Of a stretch of 64,000 nt of DNA, positions 38,045 through 64,000 are shown piece by piece. The position numbers were made by a program, and so were the translations under genes. The notes beneath the pieces are model-generated. The model saw only the letters and a list, made by a program, of their open reading frames with translations, made no database searches and was not told the DNA's origin. Position 1 is the first letter of the stretch, and the number at the start of each line of letters is the position of its first letter. Source of the DNA: Camelus ferus (Eukaryota); NCBI RefSeq assembly GCF_009834535.1, contig NC_045696.1, forward strand, positions 81,408,001 through 81,472,000. Reading direction: 5' to 3'.

Positions 38045-38450
38045 GTCTCGGCTAAACCAGAGGAAACTGGTCTGGGTGGCTCAAGGTCCCGCGTCCCTGG
38101 ACAGCGAGGGGCATAGCGCGCTTCGGCTCCAAACCGGCAGGACAGGTTAAAGGCTCCCCAGCCCCGCGCCGCACTCAAGGCCAATTCTTCTCTTAAAAGA
38201 TTCAAAAACAAAGGTTGGTAAACAGAGGGGACGATCAGCCTCACAAAGACTTTCCGGCAGCGCCACGTCACTGGAAAATGTTAAGGAATCCTCTCCTGAT
38301 TATAGACGCTCTGACGGTGGCGCGAATCACTGGCTGAACCGGGGGCAGAAAGCCGGAAGCTGCCCATGCACTAAGGGCAGCGTGGCTACTTGGGCTCTTT
38401 ACAGTCTGCTTTCAAAACGGCTCCCAAAAGCTTGGCCCTACAACGGAGAG
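38045..38450. promoter_or_regulatory. Small CpG-island-like patch with promoter motifs
   Basis: About 24 CpGs (hand count) in ~410 bp in an otherwise CpG-depleted window; ETS, E2F and CRE/UPRE-like motifs. Confidence 0.6.
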
Positions 38451-39089
38451 TGCCTTATGCTGTGACTGAATGAGTTAATCCATGTAAAGTGCTAAGAGCA
38501 GCATCTGGCACCAAGCAAGAATTCAATAAAGATTAACTAACTTTGCTAATAATATTCGTTCATGCTTTCCCACTAAGAAATTACTGCACTGATGTTTGCG
38601 GTTACGTTTGTCTCTTCCTTATGCATTTGTGCTCCTAAGTGTCTTATTTATATCATGCATTTCAGAGCCTGGGTCTGTGCTGGGCTCAATAAAAGTTTGT
38701 GGTTTGAATGGGATTATTCACTCATTGGCATCACCTTGAAGAGATGATAGAAATGAAAAGAGGGTGGTGAAATAAAAGACAAATGAAATCTGAGTTTCCT
38801 TTACCTCTTCACCCTGTGTTTCTTCATAACACTCCTCGTTTATGGGGCTGTCTGGGACATTTGGTCTGCTGGGAATTGGTTCCACTTGAACCTCAGTGGA
38901 ACCAGTGACACTATTCGCCAAGCACAGTTCAAGATCAACCAATTTTGATATCACCTGGGCCCCCACAGGGAGTAGATCTCATAGTGAATACACAGAAGTG
39001 CATTAGCTCAAATGCTATGAGCAGATTTGCTTGAGAACTCTACTCTATTGCCTCCAACAGGTGCTTCTTGACATACACAGAATCAATAA

Positions 39090-39325
39090 TAGTAATAGTG
39101 AAAACAATAACAACCAACATTTGCTGAGCACTTATTATTCACTGTGCTAAACACTTTCATATATTACCACTTTTAACCCAACCAACAAGAGAAAGTGTGT
39201 GTTCTGTTATTCTCACTTTTATCAGGAGAAAAAATGAAGGCACAGGAGAGTCACAGTGAGCCACCAGCTTAAGGTCACACCACCAGTAAAATGGTGAGCT
39301 TCAAACCCAAGTTCATGACTCTCCA
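39090..39325 (-). mobile_element. MIR SINE
   Basis: aacatttgctgagcacttatt...ctcacttttatcaggagaaaaaatgaaggcacag...aaggtcacacaccagtaa. Confidence 0.7.
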
Positions 39326-39599
39326 AACTCACTCAGGTAACCACTCACACCTACAGTGACCCCTGGCCACACAGCGCAGTCTGAAGCACAGCAGTGCAGA
39401 GCTGGTTCTCTGCAGGGCAGTGCGTGTGCCTCCCGTGCCCCTGTCTTTATTGTCCCCACAACATAGCACTGCAGCCCAGCATATCTCATTCTCTATAAAA
39501 GACCCCGAAGATTTCTTTTCCCCCTGCCCCTGATAACTGCCACACTTAGCACATGCCTTAAAACATGCCTCTGGTTTGTAACTTATGCCTAAGGACCTG

Positions 39600-39858
39600 T
39601 TCCCATTTTCTTTCCTGGAGGGACAAAGGCATGGAAGCCACAGGTCACGGAGGCAAAGCATTTATTGATTAGATTCCTATCAATAATCACCCTCTGCCCA
39701 AGATTAAACTTGGCCTCTTTCCTCTTTGCCTTTGCTCCTCCTCCTCTAATGTATAACTAGTCTCAGAAGGCTGGAGAAAGACAGGCAGAGGCTGGCTACT
39801 GCATCTGCCACACTCACTACAGGACCTGGAATTAAGAGGAGGACTCTCAGCACATAAA
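39600..39858 (+). promoter_or_regulatory. SLC2A2 proximal promoter / 5'UTR
   Basis: Immediately upstream of the ATG; paired ONECUT/HNF6-type motifs (39662-39686), HNF1-like AGATTAAACT (39701-39710), TATAA at 39752. Confidence 0.7.
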
Positions 39859-63540
<23,682 letters not shown>

Positions 63541-64000
63541 AGATAACCCACTTTTTGGCATGAACAGAAACAGGAACGAAGCAGTGTTTTTTAAATGACA
63601 ATTTTTTGAGAATGTTTGAGAATTTTATATTACATCTTGAAGTACTCTTTTATTTTTTTAAAGAGATTTTATAAGCTCTGATCAGAAATGTCATCAAATA
63701 TTACAAACAAAATATTTTTTTTAACTTAGAGAATCTATTTTGGATGGTAAGATTCAGTAATTGCATAAACCCAGAAGTCTAGCTCATTTTGTTACACTAC
63801 ATGGCAAGTACAGTGTAAAGTTCTTAACCCTGTCCTTTATAACAAAGGTCTCCTGAAATTGAAGCAGTTTCATTGCATTATGTTATTGCTTCATTAAGCA
63901 CAAAACTAGAAACCTGAAGACACAACCAATATTTGCATATTTAAATATGAGTGAGTTGGAATTTTCTTATCCATTGACCTCATACTAAAGGAGATATGAC
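63541..64000 (+). other. SLC2A2: SLC2A2 3'UTR (continues beyond window)
   Basis: AU-rich sequence after the stop; no AATAAA seen before the window end. Confidence 0.8.

Overview
Mammalian genomic DNA, very probably camelid (camel/alpaca/llama) given three tRNA-Ala-derived Vic-1-type SINEs. The window holds two protein-coding genes in tandem on the + strand. (1) The last nine coding exons of TNIK (acidic linker plus CNH domain, stop at 17106-17108), followed by a ~5.5 kb repeat-poor 3'UTR. (2) The complete 11-exon SLC2A2/GLUT2 CDS (39859-63540; exons sum to 1575 nt = 524 aa + stop). The rest is intron and intergenic DNA with ancient and lineage-specific L1, L2, MIR, MLT, ERV-LTR and MER5 elements and microsatellites. 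ORF-track entries that do not overlap these exons look spurious. I found no new multi-gene system. The most notable observations are: this GLUT2 lacks the exofacial N-glycosylation sequon (N62H); it has several substitutions in sugar-binding helices; its intron 2 has a GC donor; an orphan CpG-rich promoter-like patch lies ~1.4 kb upstream; and two insertions show retrotransposition oddities (a twin-primed L1 and a SINE-L1 composite). Comparisons with human, mouse and GLUT1 proteins are from memory and need confirming by alignment. Repeat boundaries and subfamily names are approximate.
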